Source: a virus. From it: a stretch of DNA of 64,000 nt. Under the pieces are notes generated by a model. It saw only the letters and a list, made by a program, of their open reading frames with translations, ran no database searches and was not told where the DNA came from. Shown here piece by piece: positions 20,018 through 28,425 of this stretch (positions are counted from its first letter, which is position 1; the number at the start of each line of letters is the position of its first letter). Location: positions 1-64,000 of IMG/VR virus record IMGVR_UViG_3300030329_006476; one strand, 5' to 3'. Both the position numbers and the translations under genes were made by a program.

Positions 20018-20731
20018 TTAACTGCCCGTTTCCTTCTGTAATTTAGTGATGATAAATTTCTGAATTTCACTTCTCATGATATCCTCCGTAGTAAATGAGA
20101 AGGAATGTATGCCCTTTTTCCTGCTGGGGGCATCGTCGAAAAGATCAAACATTTTACGAAACCCAGTTTTTCCGTTAATGTCGCTTTGCATGAAGTCACC
20201 GCAGACAAACATGGTGCTGTCTTTTCCTAGCCGAGTTATCAGGGTAGTCAATTCCTTAAAAGTGAAATTTTGAGCTTCGTCAGCTACCACGACTTTGTTG
20301 CTCCAGCTCGCGCCCCTCAAATAGTTTATGGGCATCGCTTGTATTCTATGACTCTCCAACAGGTCATGGCGGATACTGGGGCTCATGTTCTTAGGCAACA
20401 TTTCAAATAATTTGTCTTCTAGCGGCGCCATGTAGGGATTTATCTTTTCTTCGATATTTCCCGGCAATGCCCCTAGTCCTTTTTCGCCGCTTTCTATCGC
20501 CGTCCTTACATATAGCATGTCTAAATCAGAATAGGCGCTTAAATGCCTTAAAGCCGCATAAACTGCCATATAAGTTTTCGTTGAACCTGCTGGCCCGCTA
20601 ATGAACATAATGTTCGTCTTGTGATGGAGGGCAAGCGCCAAAAATTCCTTCTGACGATCAGAGAGGCGAAAATTATTAACCTTAAAGGTTATCTTAAGTT
20701 GAGGTATTTCGACCTTTTTACTGTTAGCCAT
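20018..20731 (-). CDS. phoH: PhoH-family ATPase
   Basis: GPAGSTKT, LGALPG, YLRGAS, DEAQN, TRLG, GD.MQSD motifs. Confidence 0.9.
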   Translation of the reverse strand: MANSKKVEIPQLKITFKVNNFRLSDRQKEFLALALHHKTNIMFISGPAGSTKTYMAVYAALRHLSAYSDLDMLYVRTAIESGEKGLGALPGNIEEKINPYMAPLEDKLFEMLPKNMSPSIRHDLLESHRIQAMPINYLRGASWSNKVVVADEAQNFTFKELTTLITRLGKDSTMFVCGDFMQSDINGKTGFRKMFDLFDDAPSRKKGIHSFSFTTEDIMRSEIQKFIITKLQKETGS

Positions 20732-20810
20732 TCGCAATATATATACACAAGGACTATTGGATTTTTTGCAGTTTTTTGGTATTATACGTAAATAAGGTGT
20801 ATATTACTTC

Positions 20811-21068
20811 GTGAAGCCACAGAAGAAAAAAGGGTCCGTCAAGAAAGGTGCAGACAGCATTGAATTTTGTCTGGGAGATGCCGGGCCGACAAAATATGAA
20901 ATCATGACCGCTATAGCTAAACGCTATACGGTTTATGGTGCGACAGTTTGGCTGAACGAACCGTTAGAGGAACTTGGTGGAAAGAGTCCCGCGAAATTGA
21001 TGCTCGAAGGCGACCTTGAGACTGTCGCCAAGTTAATCAAAGACTCTAATGAACGAGACAATATGTAA
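20811..21068 (+). CDS. Xre/MbcA/ParS antitoxin C-terminal domain protein (DUF2384-like)
   Basis: WLNEPLEELGGKSPAKLMLEGDLETV signature. Confidence 0.65.
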   Translation: MKPQKKKGSVKKGADSIEFCLGDAGPTKYEIMTAIAKRYTVYGATVWLNEPLEELGGKSPAKLMLEGDLETVAKLIKDSNERDNM

Positions 21069-21282
21069 TCTCTGCTGGGAATTTTGCTACGAAGTCATCC
21101 CGGCGCAGCTGAACAAGAACAACGAGCCCTGCGTTTTGATTCTTAATCTACCCCTGATTTTTTCAGAAGTAATCGAGTCCCTATTGAAGAAAAAGGGCTT
21201 TTCGTGCGTTACCTTCAAACCTCACGGCAAAAGCGCCGTGATTATGAAATTTGAAAAAGTGATGTCGGAGGTACAGGGTTAA
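21049..21282 (+). CDS. Hypothetical protein
   Basis: 77 aa ORF overlapping the previous gene. Confidence 0.45.
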   Translation: MNETICNLCWEFCYEVIPAQLNKNNEPCVLILNLPLIFSEVIESLLKKKGFSCVTFKPHGKSAVIMKFEKVMSEVQG

Positions 21283-21578
21283 GCGGGAGCGCCGGCCTCT
21301 TCGGCCACTACTTCAGCCGCGTCCTCCACGACTTCGACTTCAGCTTCTTCAACTTCTTTCTCACTCTCTTCCGACGCCGCTTTGGCAGCAGCTTCGGCAG
21401 CTTCTTTCGCTGCGGTAATCTGCTTTTCCAATTCAGCCTTTTCCTCGTCAGAGGCGTTTTCGTAAATCTCGGTGGCCTTTTCCACGCAGAATGAGCGCAT
21501 CATTGAAATGATATCATTGACGTTGGCGTTAGAGAACAAGTCGTTGGCGATTGCTGTGATTATTTCGTCTTTATCCAT
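21279..21578 (-). CDS. Acidic hypothetical protein
   Basis: 99 aa Glu/Ala-rich; upstream TAGAAA-N17-TATTAT. Confidence 0.7.
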   Translation of the reverse strand: MDKDEIITAIANDLFSNANVNDIISMMRSFCVEKATEIYENASDEEKAELEKQITAAKEAAEAAAKAASEESEKEVEEAEVEVVEDAAEVVAEEAGAPA

Positions 21579-21842
21579 ATTCCCTATAATATTCGCGGCA
21601 TGATGGTTTTTCTAATCTTTTTCAAACTTTAATAATTCCTTAAACAATAATTTGAAAGATCTCGCTTAAAATTGGTTCCGGATTTTTTTTGCTTCCGCCA
21701 TTATTTGAAATAACTGTATTGAATTTTGAAATTGAAAAAAGGGACCCCCCGCCACATTCTCACCAAAAGTTGACTGATTCAATCCATAAAAACGGTAGGG
21801 GTATCATGCAATAAAATAACCTAAAGTTCTTCATAAAAAAAT

Positions 21843-21871
21843 TTGCAATTAGATCATGGCTGTGTTACCTT
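21843..21871 (+). promoter_or_regulatory. sigma70-type early promoter (first of about 20 in 21.8-36.3 kb)
   Basis: A-tract, TTGCAA-N17-TACCTT; similar plus-strand -35 boxes at 22110, 22593, 22874, 24138, 24451, 24794, 25425, 25817, 26228. Confidence 0.75.
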
Positions 21872-21904
21872 ATAGTATAACAAATTAAAAAAGGAAAAAA
21901 AATT

Positions 21905-22093
21905 ATGTCCGTTAATCACATCGCAATCACTCCAGACGAAAACGACGAAGCTCTGCAAGAGTTCATCACGCAAGAAGGCTTCGTTCTCGTTGCTCCGGAA
22001 ATGGATCTCTTCGAATGTCCCGGCGGACACATCTGGCACATTGACCAGATCCTTGACCATATGAATGAATGCCTCAGGGAAAGCTGCCTATAA
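21905..22093 (+). CDS. Early hypothetical protein
   Basis: Promoter and AAAGGA RBS upstream. Confidence 0.7.
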   Translation: MSVNHIAITPDENDEALQEFITQEGFVLVAPEMDLFECPGGHIWHIDQILDHMNECLRESCL

Positions 22094-22144
22094 AAAGGCA
22101 AAATAAAATTTGACAAACAAGCCAAACTAGCGTAAGTTTATAAT

Positions 22145-22309
22145 ATGAATAATAAAGATAAAGCCGTCGTCGCCTTCTGGCAATCAGTCCAACGCAATGC
22201 TCAAGCCAACGGAATTCTGAAAGAGTTCCAAGCTTCCCAAGCTCCCAAGCTTAAAGCTCCCAAATTCACGCCCGCAATGCTGGCTTTCCTTGACACCTTA
22301 ACCAACTAA
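22145..22309 (+). CDS. Early small protein (54 aa, PKF.PA family)
   Basis: Manual ORF MNNKDKAVVAFW...PKLKAPKFTPAMLAFL, ATG 6 nt after the -10 box. Confidence 0.65.
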   Translation: MNNKDKAVVAFWQSVQRNAQANGILKEFQASQAPKLKAPKFTPAMLAFLDTLTN

Positions 22310-22329
22310 AAAAAACACACAAAACTATC

Positions 22330-22443
22330 ATGCACTATCTAGCTGAAAAGTACTCTCATGCAGTTAACGCCGTTGCCTATACGGTTAGCTTATACATCTG
22401 CCATGTTGTCCTAATGGACTGGATTCGTTTCCTAACTAGTTGA
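22330..22443 (+). CDS. Small hydrophobic peptide (37 aa)
   Basis: Manual ORF; stop lies inside repeat element 1. Confidence 0.4.
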   Translation: MHYLAEKYSHAVNAVAYTVSLYICHVVLMDWIRFLTS

Positions 22444-22512
22444 GCATCAACGAGTTACGACGCGGGCAGGGGGGCGCCGGCGTCATAAGTGCCTGACAGT
22501 CAAAGACTTACG
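22431..22512. repeat. 82-bp double-palindrome element, copy 1
   Basis: CCTAACTAGTTGA-gca-TCAACGAGTTACG + 24 bp GC-rich + CATAAGTGCCTGA-cag-TCAAAGACTTACG. Confidence 0.95.
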
Positions 22513-22655
22513 CAAATGCCGTACAAATACCGTGCCAATTCCGTGTAATGTGATTGTGCAAGAAAATAGTTGAATCTTTTTGATAAAAAAATTTGCAATA
22601 TCGGCAAAACTGTGATACCTTATAGTATAAGTTAAATTAAGAAAGGAAAAAAATC

Positions 22656-22856
22656 ATGAACATTCTCACCGATCAAGAACTTGCCGAAAGGCTCACCAAA
22701 AAAGAAGCCAACCTTGAATGGTGGGAGGCTAAGCTTGCCAAGTCTCGCAAGGCAAGCCTTATCGGGATTCGCTCTGCCCACTGTGCAATGCTCCGCAAAG
22801 AGATTGCCGAGATAAAAGGCGTTCAGTTTGCAAGGCATTGCGCCGAGCAAGTTTAA
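22656..22856 (+). CDS. Early hypothetical protein
   Basis: Promoter and GAAAGGA RBS upstream. Confidence 0.7.
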   Translation: MNILTDQELAERLTKKEANLEWWEAKLAKSRKASLIGIRSAHCAMLRKEIAEIKGVQFARHCAEQV

Positions 22857-22907
22857 AAAACTTCAGAAAAAATTTGACAAACCAGCAAAACTAGAGTAAG
22901 TTTAGGT

Positions 22908-23177
22908 ATGATAAAAATTAAAAGAGATCTACTCACAGGCAAAAAGGTTCCCCATGTCCTTTTCCGTCAGGCTGAAATCAAAATGAGCCTTTCCAGCGGT
23001 CGCACGCTTGGAACAGTTCAAACTCTGGACTTTCAAGAAGATGCTCCAACCAAAGAGCAATGGCTTGCAAAAGTCCGTAAATCTTGGGATGTCGCAGATA
23101 TCTCTTTCCGTGACTTTGGTGTCCAATCCTGCATTGCTCCTCGTGGGCATGATGCTTGGAAAACCGTAAATTCTTAA
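22908..23177 (+). CDS. Early hypothetical protein
   Basis: TTGACA-N17-TAAGTT, ATG 5 nt later. Confidence 0.7.
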   Translation: MIKIKRDLLTGKKVPHVLFRQAEIKMSLSSGRTLGTVQTLDFQEDAPTKEQWLAKVRKSWDVADISFRDFGVQSCIAPRGHDAWKTVNS

Positions 23178-23282
23178 AAATGATTGAAATAATAATGCTG
23201 CTAGTTTTCGCCTCTTTGGGGCATACAATTATCCACGCTTGGAAAGAAGCTTGACCTTTGTAAGAGTTTTTTTCTAAAAATT

Positions 23283-23321
23283 GACCGCTCTGTTTCCATG
23301 TTGGCAGGGCGGTCTTTTTTT
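23283..23321 (+). terminator. Intrinsic terminator
   Basis: GACCGCTCTG...CAGGGCGGTC followed by T7. Confidence 0.75.
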
Positions 23322-23335
23322 GCACGTATAATTCT

Positions 23336-23454
23336 CCTAACTCATTGACTATCAAGCACTTACGACGCTGGCGCGGGGCCCTCGCCGTCATAAGTCGTTG
23401 ATGTACAGGTAGTTACGTAAAATCTCCTAAGTCGTTGATAATCAACCCATTAAC
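23336..23454. repeat. 82-bp element, copy 2 (23336-23417) plus a third palindrome (23426-23454)
   Basis: Palindromes start at 23336, 23389 (+53) and 23426. Confidence 0.95.
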
Positions 23455-23508
23455 GAGGCGCGCCCGAAAAGATTCTATTTGTAAGGCCCGCGTTTCGAGG
23501 GCAAGCGC
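23455..23508. repeat. Secondary ~55-bp bulged-hairpin repeat, copy A
   Basis: GCGCCCGAAAAGATTCTATTTGTAAGGCCCGCGTTTCGAGGGC; near-copy at 24692-24746. Confidence 0.8.
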
Positions 23509-23591
23509 ATTGGGTAATAAATTAGTTTTTTATTCTTGGGCAAAAAATTTGACAAATAGCTTTTTATGCTGTATGTTGTAGATATAATAAG

Positions 23592-24026
23592 ATGAGGAAC
23601 ATACAAGACAGTTGCCCGTTGATAGTAATGCGAGACGATCCTAATCAGCTGACTCCTTGGCTAGATGATTGGAGTGACGATGATTGCCGACAGGTGCAAG
23701 CTATGGTTGACAGGCATGATGCAGTAATGAAGCCAACTCCGCTCACCAAGGATCAAGCGGGCGAAGCCCGACGCATGTGGGCAAGGTGGCAAGCCCACAC
23801 TACTGGCAAGAGCTTTGTTCTACAGGTGCAAAACAGGACTTGCGACCATACCTTTAGGGTTCACGCCCACGGCAAGAATGTGTTCCAAGCTGTCCTGAGG
23901 CATTACAGGGGATTAGGGCACAATGGCACCACCATATGGCAATGCACCAAGGTAGTTGCGGTATTCGACTGCGTTTGTGACCGAACTGTCCAAGCTGGCA
24001 AGTTGCTCTGCGGTAATCCAGTTTAG
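23592..24026 (+). CDS. Early hypothetical protein
   Basis: TTGACA promoter upstream; stop abuts element 3. Confidence 0.7.
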   Translation: MRNIQDSCPLIVMRDDPNQLTPWLDDWSDDDCRQVQAMVDRHDAVMKPTPLTKDQAGEARRMWARWQAHTTGKSFVLQVQNRTCDHTFRVHAHGKNVFQAVLRHYRGLGHNGTTIWQCTKVVAVFDCVCDRTVQAGKLLCGNPV

Positions 24027-24108
24027 CCTAAGTAGTTGGCTATTAATAGTTTACGGCCCGGAATCCCCCTGCGCGCCGTCATAAGTCGTTGACATTCAAT
24101 AACTTCTG
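24027..24108. repeat. 82-bp element, copy 3
   Basis: Palindromes at 24027 and 24080. Confidence 0.9.
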
Positions 24109-24172
24109 ACAAAATTAAAAATAAGTGATAAAAAAATTTGACTTTACCGCTAAAGTGGGGTATGTTGTTAGT

Positions 24173-24454
24173 ATGAATAAAGAATTACAATATCTATACT
24201 CAACGCAAGCTTTCGTGTCCACAAGGCATCGTAACGCCTTGCCTCTCTGGAACACGAAAACCAATTCCTTCGTGGATTCCACTAGCACTACGAACAACCT
24301 TGAATGCTGGGCAAAAAATGAATCTGAAGCCCGTGAAAAATTCTGCCGAATGGTTCGCCGTATTCAGAGCAAAGTCCAAATGCGTCAGAATTTCTTATGG
24401 AAAAAAGGCGATACTGCCGATTTTTACCTTACGCAAATTTGGCAAAAAATTTGA
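24173..24454 (+). CDS. Early hypothetical protein
   Basis: TTGACT-N17-TATGTT then ATG at 24173 (MNKELQ). Confidence 0.7.
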   Translation: MNKELQYLYSTQAFVSTRHRNALPLWNTKTNSFVDSTSTTNNLECWAKNESEAREKFCRMVRRIQSKVQMRQNFLWKKGDTADFYLTQIWQKI

Positions 24455-24484
24455 CTTTTCGCCTTAACTGAACTAGATTGAATT

Positions 24485-24592
24485 ATGATGAAAAAAATAA
24501 TAGACTTCCTAGAGGTAGCCATTCCCTTTATAGTAACAACGACGCTAGTAGTCACCATTGGCGGCTCCGCGTTTGCCTTGTGTTTTTTCTGA
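24485..24592 (+). CDS. Small membrane peptide (35 aa)
   Basis: Own promoter TTGACT-N17-TAGATT; hydrophobic ORF. Confidence 0.5.
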   Translation: MMKKIIDFLEVAIPFIVTTTLVVTIGGSAFALCFF

Positions 24593-24598
24593 AAATCC

Positions 24599-24680
24599 CC
24601 TAAGTACTTGAAGGTCAACGGGTTACGGCCCGGAGGCCCCGGCTCCGCTGTCGTAAGTCGTTGATAGTCAACACCTTGCA
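24599..24680. repeat. 82-bp element, copy 4
   Basis: Palindromes at 24599 and 24652. Confidence 0.95.
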
Positions 24681-24691
24681 TGACTCCAGCT

Positions 24692-24746
24692 GAGGGGCGC
24701 CCGAAAAGGTTCTATTTACAAGGCTCGCGTTTCGCGGGCCGGACGC
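24692..24746. repeat. Secondary ~55-bp bulged-hairpin repeat, copy B
   Basis: GCGCCCGAAAAGGTTCTATTTACAAGGCTCGCGTTTCGCGGGC. Confidence 0.8.
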
Positions 24747-24827
24747 TCTAGGATTAGTCAATAAAAATAAGCGAATTATGTAATACAAAAAATTTGCAAT
24801 CTCGCTGGAAATGGTTTACTTTGTATT

Positions 24828-24983
24828 ATGTTTATCTTACAAAGCATCTTGAACAAGGCTGGAGCCGTATGGGTTACGGAAACCCTCCCGCTGTCTAAAG
24901 CGAAAGCTCATAGAGTGATCGCTTCACGCCGTCAGAACGCAACTGGCAATCGACGCTTTCGCTTGGTAAAGGTGGGAACATGA
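24828..24983 (+). CDS. Early small basic protein (51 aa)
   Basis: TTGCAA-N17-TACTTT, ATG 5 nt later; ATGA-coupled to 24980-25087 and onward to 25084. Confidence 0.55.
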   Translation: MFILQSILNKAGAVWVTETLPLSKAKAHRVIASRRQNATGNRRFRLVKVGT

Positions 24984-25083
24984 AAAAAGTTAGGATTCCC
25001 ATGGTCTTTACTAAGGCTCGCCCTCACAAAAGAAAAAACAAAATTTTGCCACGCAAGGCAAAGCACAAGAAAGCTCTTATATC

Positions 25084-25416
25084 ATGACCCGTACTGTGAC
25101 GCATCACGCCTTCCAGAGGTTCGCGGATCGCTTGCGACCCTCCGAACAAGAAACAACCTTGAATAATGTCCGCACGGCTTGCCGTCAATATGGCTCCGAA
25201 TCGCTTGGGGTTATAGCATACAAGCTTCGCTCGCATCGTGGACAGCATTGGGGAATGTCAAGCAACGGGGATTATGTCGTCGCCATTGTAAGGAATGGTC
25301 AACTCGTCACGGCTTACTTGCGTCGAGGCACGCAAAGCTTTTGCACTAGCGTGACTCGCACTCGAGTCTTGGTGGACATGACGGGGAACCTACTGAAAAA
25401 ACCGATTTTTTCTTAA
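25084..25416 (+). CDS. Early hypothetical protein (THHAFQRFADR motif)
   Basis: 110 aa; T.HA.QR..R start resembles DUF4258/RelE-like small phage proteins. Confidence 0.65.
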   Translation: MTRTVTHHAFQRFADRLRPSEQETTLNNVRTACRQYGSESLGVIAYKLRSHRGQHWGMSSNGDYVVAIVRNGQLVTAYLRRGTQSFCTSVTRTRVLVDMTGNLLKKPIFS

Positions 25417-25458
25417 AAAATAATTTGACTTATGAGATAAACTGGAGTAGGTTATAGT

Positions 25459-25812
25459 ATGACAATTGAAAAAATAAAAGAAATTCTCGCCAATATAAAA
25501 GCCGAACTGGAAAAGGTTGAAAGCGTAGACATTGCCGAGGCGGTCAAGTCGATTAAATACATTGACTCCATGGGCGTAATGTCGACTTTGTCTGGAGCTG
25601 TCGAAGATATCGGAACCGATAGCTCCGAAGTTGCCGACTTGGACAATGCGTTTTTCTCGGCAAAAAGAAAGCTAGAAAATTCCTTGTACGCTTACGAGGA
25701 AAAAATCATCGAGCGACGAAAAGAGCTAGAGCTTGCCATTGACGACATCGAAAGCTTTCTGCATGATGGCGAGTTTGCGTATGCATCACGGGTCGCAAAA
25801 AACTTCGAATAA
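25459..25812 (+). CDS. Early helical hypothetical protein
   Basis: TTGACT-N17-TAGGTT, ATG 5 nt later. Confidence 0.7.
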   Translation: MTIEKIKEILANIKAELEKVESVDIAEAVKSIKYIDSMGVMSTLSGAVEDIGTDSSEVADLDNAFFSAKRKLENSLYAYEEKIIERRKELELAIDDIESFLHDGEFAYASRVAKNFE

Positions 25813-25850
25813 AAATTTGACTTTACCGCTAAAGTGGAGTAGGTTATAGT

Positions 25851-26054
25851 ATGAAGATTAAAAGAATAAGAGTAAAAGAATTCGATACTTTCTGGAGCAT
25901 TCGCATCTGGGACAGAGAAACGCAAGACCGCCCACGGGTTCGCACTGCAGGAATCGACGCCAAAGGGCGTGCGCCACATCTGGACAGGATTCTTGCCGAA
26001 GAAAAAAGCCCATGGGCAGGCGACTTCGACAGGGTCGAGGTGGTTTGGCAATAA
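25851..26054 (+). CDS. Early hypothetical protein
   Basis: TTGACT-N17-TAGGTT, ATG 5 nt later. Confidence 0.7.
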   Translation: MKIKRIRVKEFDTFWSIRIWDRETQDRPRVRTAGIDAKGRAPHLDRILAEEKSPWAGDFDRVEVVWQ

Positions 26055-26058
26055 AATC

Positions 26059-26140
26059 CCTAAACCCTTAAAGGTCAAGGAGTTACGACCCGGGGGCCGG
26101 GGGCACGCTGTCGTAAGTCGTTGATAATCAACAAGATACA
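26059..26140. repeat. 82-bp element, copy 5
   Basis: Palindromes at 26059 and 26112. Confidence 0.95.
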
Positions 26141-26262
26141 TTTTTGGAGACTCATGCACTTTTCCATTCGTTAGTTATTTAACCCTATTTGAATTGGTCC
26201 CCCGCGACAGATTTACTGAAAAAAAATTTGCATTCCTGTGCTTTATGTGCTAAGTTATTTAT

Positions 26263-26445
26263 ATGAAATCAAGAGAAGACCTAGAGCAAATCATCGACCG
26301 AGAATCTTCTGACGCAAACGACGGATGCGTTCGAGCAAGACTATTAGTTGTCAACGCCGAACTAGCCTTGGACGATTTGGACAACGCCGAACTAGCCATG
26401 AGGCTCAGACAACAAGAGGAGGAGGACGAATTATGCGCAATATAA
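26263..26445 (+). CDS. Early acidic protein
   Basis: TTGCAT-N17-TAAGTT upstream. Confidence 0.65.
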   Translation: MKSREDLEQIIDRESSDANDGCVRARLLVVNAELALDDLDNAELAMRLRQQEEEDELCAI

Positions 26446-26573
26446 TTAAAAATGCAAAAACGCTAGCGTTAGTAGCTCACCTGAAGAAACAGGAAACGGT
26501 TGCAACCCCCAAGCTGCAAAGGCCCAAGTTTTCCCCCGCTCAAATTGCATGGATGCAATCTAGTCGTAAGTAG
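26433..26573 (+). CDS. Early small protein (46 aa, PKF.PA family)
   Basis: GGAGG RBS; PKLQRPKFSPAQIAWM resembles 22145-22309. Confidence 0.6.
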   Translation: MRNIIKNAKTLALVAHLKKQETVATPKLQRPKFSPAQIAWMQSSRK

Positions 26574-26646
26574 CTCACCTTCAACGAGTTACGCGACGGC
26601 AGGCCCGGCGCCCGCGTCGTAAGTCGTTGGCTATCAAGGACTTACA
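26565..26646. repeat. 82-bp element, copy 6 (convergence point of + and - transcription)
   Basis: Palindromes at 26565 and 26618; both flanking stop codons lie inside it. Confidence 0.95.
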
Positions 26647-26887
26647 AAGAAACCCCCATCCCTTCAAGCCAATCGGCGAAAGCGAAAATGTGCCATCCCT
26701 CGGACAAGTTGACCTTTTCGGCAATGTCTATTATATTACCGCTTGCCCAATTTTTTTCCACACAAGCTTGCCCAATGCTAATGTCGTATTTTTCAGGGGT
26801 GCGGTCAGGATGTTGAGACGAACAAATCACGGGCATTCCATTGTCGCCTAGTTTTGTCAACACCCAAAAAGGTTTGTTCGATTCCAT
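26642..26887 (-). CDS. Early hypothetical protein
   Basis: 81 aa, TAATG-coupled to upstream gene. Confidence 0.65.
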   Translation of the reverse strand: MESNKPFWVLTKLGDNGMPVICSSQHPDRTPEKYDISIGQACVEKNWASGNIIDIAEKVNLSEGWHIFAFADWLEGMGVSL

Positions 26888-27612
26888 TAGGAATTTACCC
26901 CTTCCTGAACAAATCCTGTCTTATCCTTTTTTGCAAGACCCTTTTCAATTAGCCCCACGACTACGCCTTTTTTATCTAGAAAACGCAAATCGTTTTCGTC
27001 ACCGTTGACGACTTCAAATCCTTTCCAAGTCTTAGGAAGTTGATTGCGAAAAACTACGGCGACATTCCCGCCCATTTGCAAGACCATATCGCACAACGAA
27101 TCGTTATGTTCCGAGCGTGAAAAAGTCAAATGATAGTTTCTGGGAAAATCCTTTGCTTGGTTGACGAACTTTGCCATACGCTGAAAGGACTTGGTATAAT
27201 CGTAGAATTGAGAACCGCAGAAGTACTCAAAAATATTGTACGCAGGGTCTTTCATGAAAATCTTTTCCCATTCGATGTCGCTTGTGAGATTCAAACGGAA
27301 AACTGCCGTCATTTCCTTTTTGGTGGCAAGCTTAACTGTCGAAGCAATTTCTTTGCAAAGCTTACGCATGAAATCAGCTTGCTTTTCAAAAAACAATTTT
27401 GTCTTTGCAATGCGTGAATCTTGCGTGCGTTCCATGCGACCACGCCCTGCCGTATTCAAACAAGAGAAGGTGCAACCCTTGCTTCGCCAACGGCACGCCT
27501 CGTATCCTGAAAGATTTGCGGGAGCAAGATGAATACCCTTTGTAAGGTAACCAAGTTTTTCGCCTTTTACAATTTTGGCATTTCCTGCCGTGAGTAGAGT
27601 TTGCTTAATCAT
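26887..27612 (-). CDS. Gp88-like (radical-SAM-like Cys motif) phage protein
   Basis: C-x5-C-x3-CL..AGRG, RLNLTSDI.W, FYDYTK, NYHLTFS.SE, GD..DLRFLD. Confidence 0.7.
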   Translation of the reverse strand: MIKQTLLTAGNAKIVKGEKLGYLTKGIHLAPANLSGYEACRWRSKGCTFSCLNTAGRGRMERTQDSRIAKTKLFFEKQADFMRKLCKEIASTVKLATKKEMTAVFRLNLTSDIEWEKIFMKDPAYNIFEYFCGSQFYDYTKSFQRMAKFVNQAKDFPRNYHLTFSRSEHNDSLCDMVLQMGGNVAVVFRNQLPKTWKGFEVVNGDENDLRFLDKKGVVVGLIEKGLAKKDKTGFVQEGVNS

Positions 27613-27621
27613 GACTATAAC

Positions 27622-27783
27622 CTAACCTCTTTTGCTTTGTTTGTCAACAATTTCTTGTGCTTTTTTTATTCCCTTTTCCATGCCGAATTGGCTTACGAGT
27701 CGCTTGAATGTTTCCCAAGCAATCGTGTTTTCTGGCAAACTTTTCCATGCCTGCATTCTTTCTTGTGATGTGATGTTTTTCAT
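27622..27783 (-). CDS. Early small protein (53 aa)
   Basis: Manual ORF MKNITSQERM..., ATGA overlap. Confidence 0.5.
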   Translation of the reverse strand: MKNITSQERMQAWKSLPENTIAWETFKRLVSQFGMEKGIKKAQEIVDKQSKRG

Positions 27784-27953
27784 GAGTGTGCGGTTTTTCT
27801 GACGACTATCCAGTTTGACGCCATGCCCTCGACAAAGTCCTCGGCAACTTTTCTGCTAGGTGCTGTAATCTCGGCAACCTTTGGCTTGCCCGTGGTTTTG
27901 TCAACTGCTGCAATTTCAAACTTGAAAATCGCTTTAATATCGTTTTTGTCCAT
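27780..27953 (-). CDS. Early small protein (57 aa)
   Basis: Manual ORF MDKNDIKAIF..., promoter adjacent to element 7. Confidence 0.55.
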   Translation of the reverse strand: MDKNDIKAIFKFEIAAVDKTTGKPKVAEITAPSRKVAEDFVEGMASNWIVVRKTAHS

Positions 27954-28010
27954 GTCTTAATAAAACACAGATTCACTCAAAACGCAAATTTTTTCTTAAA
28001 CTTTTTTTGG

Positions 28011-28092
28011 CGCAAGTTGTTGATGTTCAAGCACTTACGACGAGGCGGCCGGGGCGCCAGCGACCTAAGTCGCTGACCATCAAGGATTTACC
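28011..28092. repeat. 82-bp element, copy 7
   Basis: Palindromes at 28011 and 28064. Confidence 0.95.
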
Positions 28093-28152
28093 CTACAATT
28101 TCTTTGTGCAGGATATAAAAGACAATTGCCCAAGTGATGACAAAGTAGAGAA

Positions 28153-28401
28153 TCATCCTAGAATCTTCTCAATGACTGGAGAGGCAATCAAATTGCGGAC
28201 AGCGTAACCTCGCTTACCGTACTGAGCACCCCTCACTACCGACTTGAAAGAGCGACTGACAAAATCATAATAGGCGGGAACGGCTGAACCTTCCCTGTTT
28301 ACATAGGTAAACCACAGCTTGTCACCTACCCTTTCAGCCTCTTGCGGTTGATAGTTGGCGACTGCGTGAGCCTTCTTGGCAAATGAGAACTCTTGTTGCA
28401 T
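28153..28401 (-). CDS. Early hypothetical protein
   Basis: GAAAGGA RBS. Confidence 0.7.
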   Translation of the reverse strand: MQQEFSFAKKAHAVANYQPQEAERVGDKLWFTYVNREGSAVPAYYDFVSRSFKSVVRGAQYGKRGYAVRNLIASPVIEKILG

Positions 28402-28425
28402 TGCTTTTCCTTTCTTTTGAGTTTT

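Noticed and set aside
22523-22537. sigma54-like TGGCACG-N4-TTGT on the minus strand next to element 1
   Set aside because: The -12 GC is broken, it is a single occurrence and it points antisense into early genes
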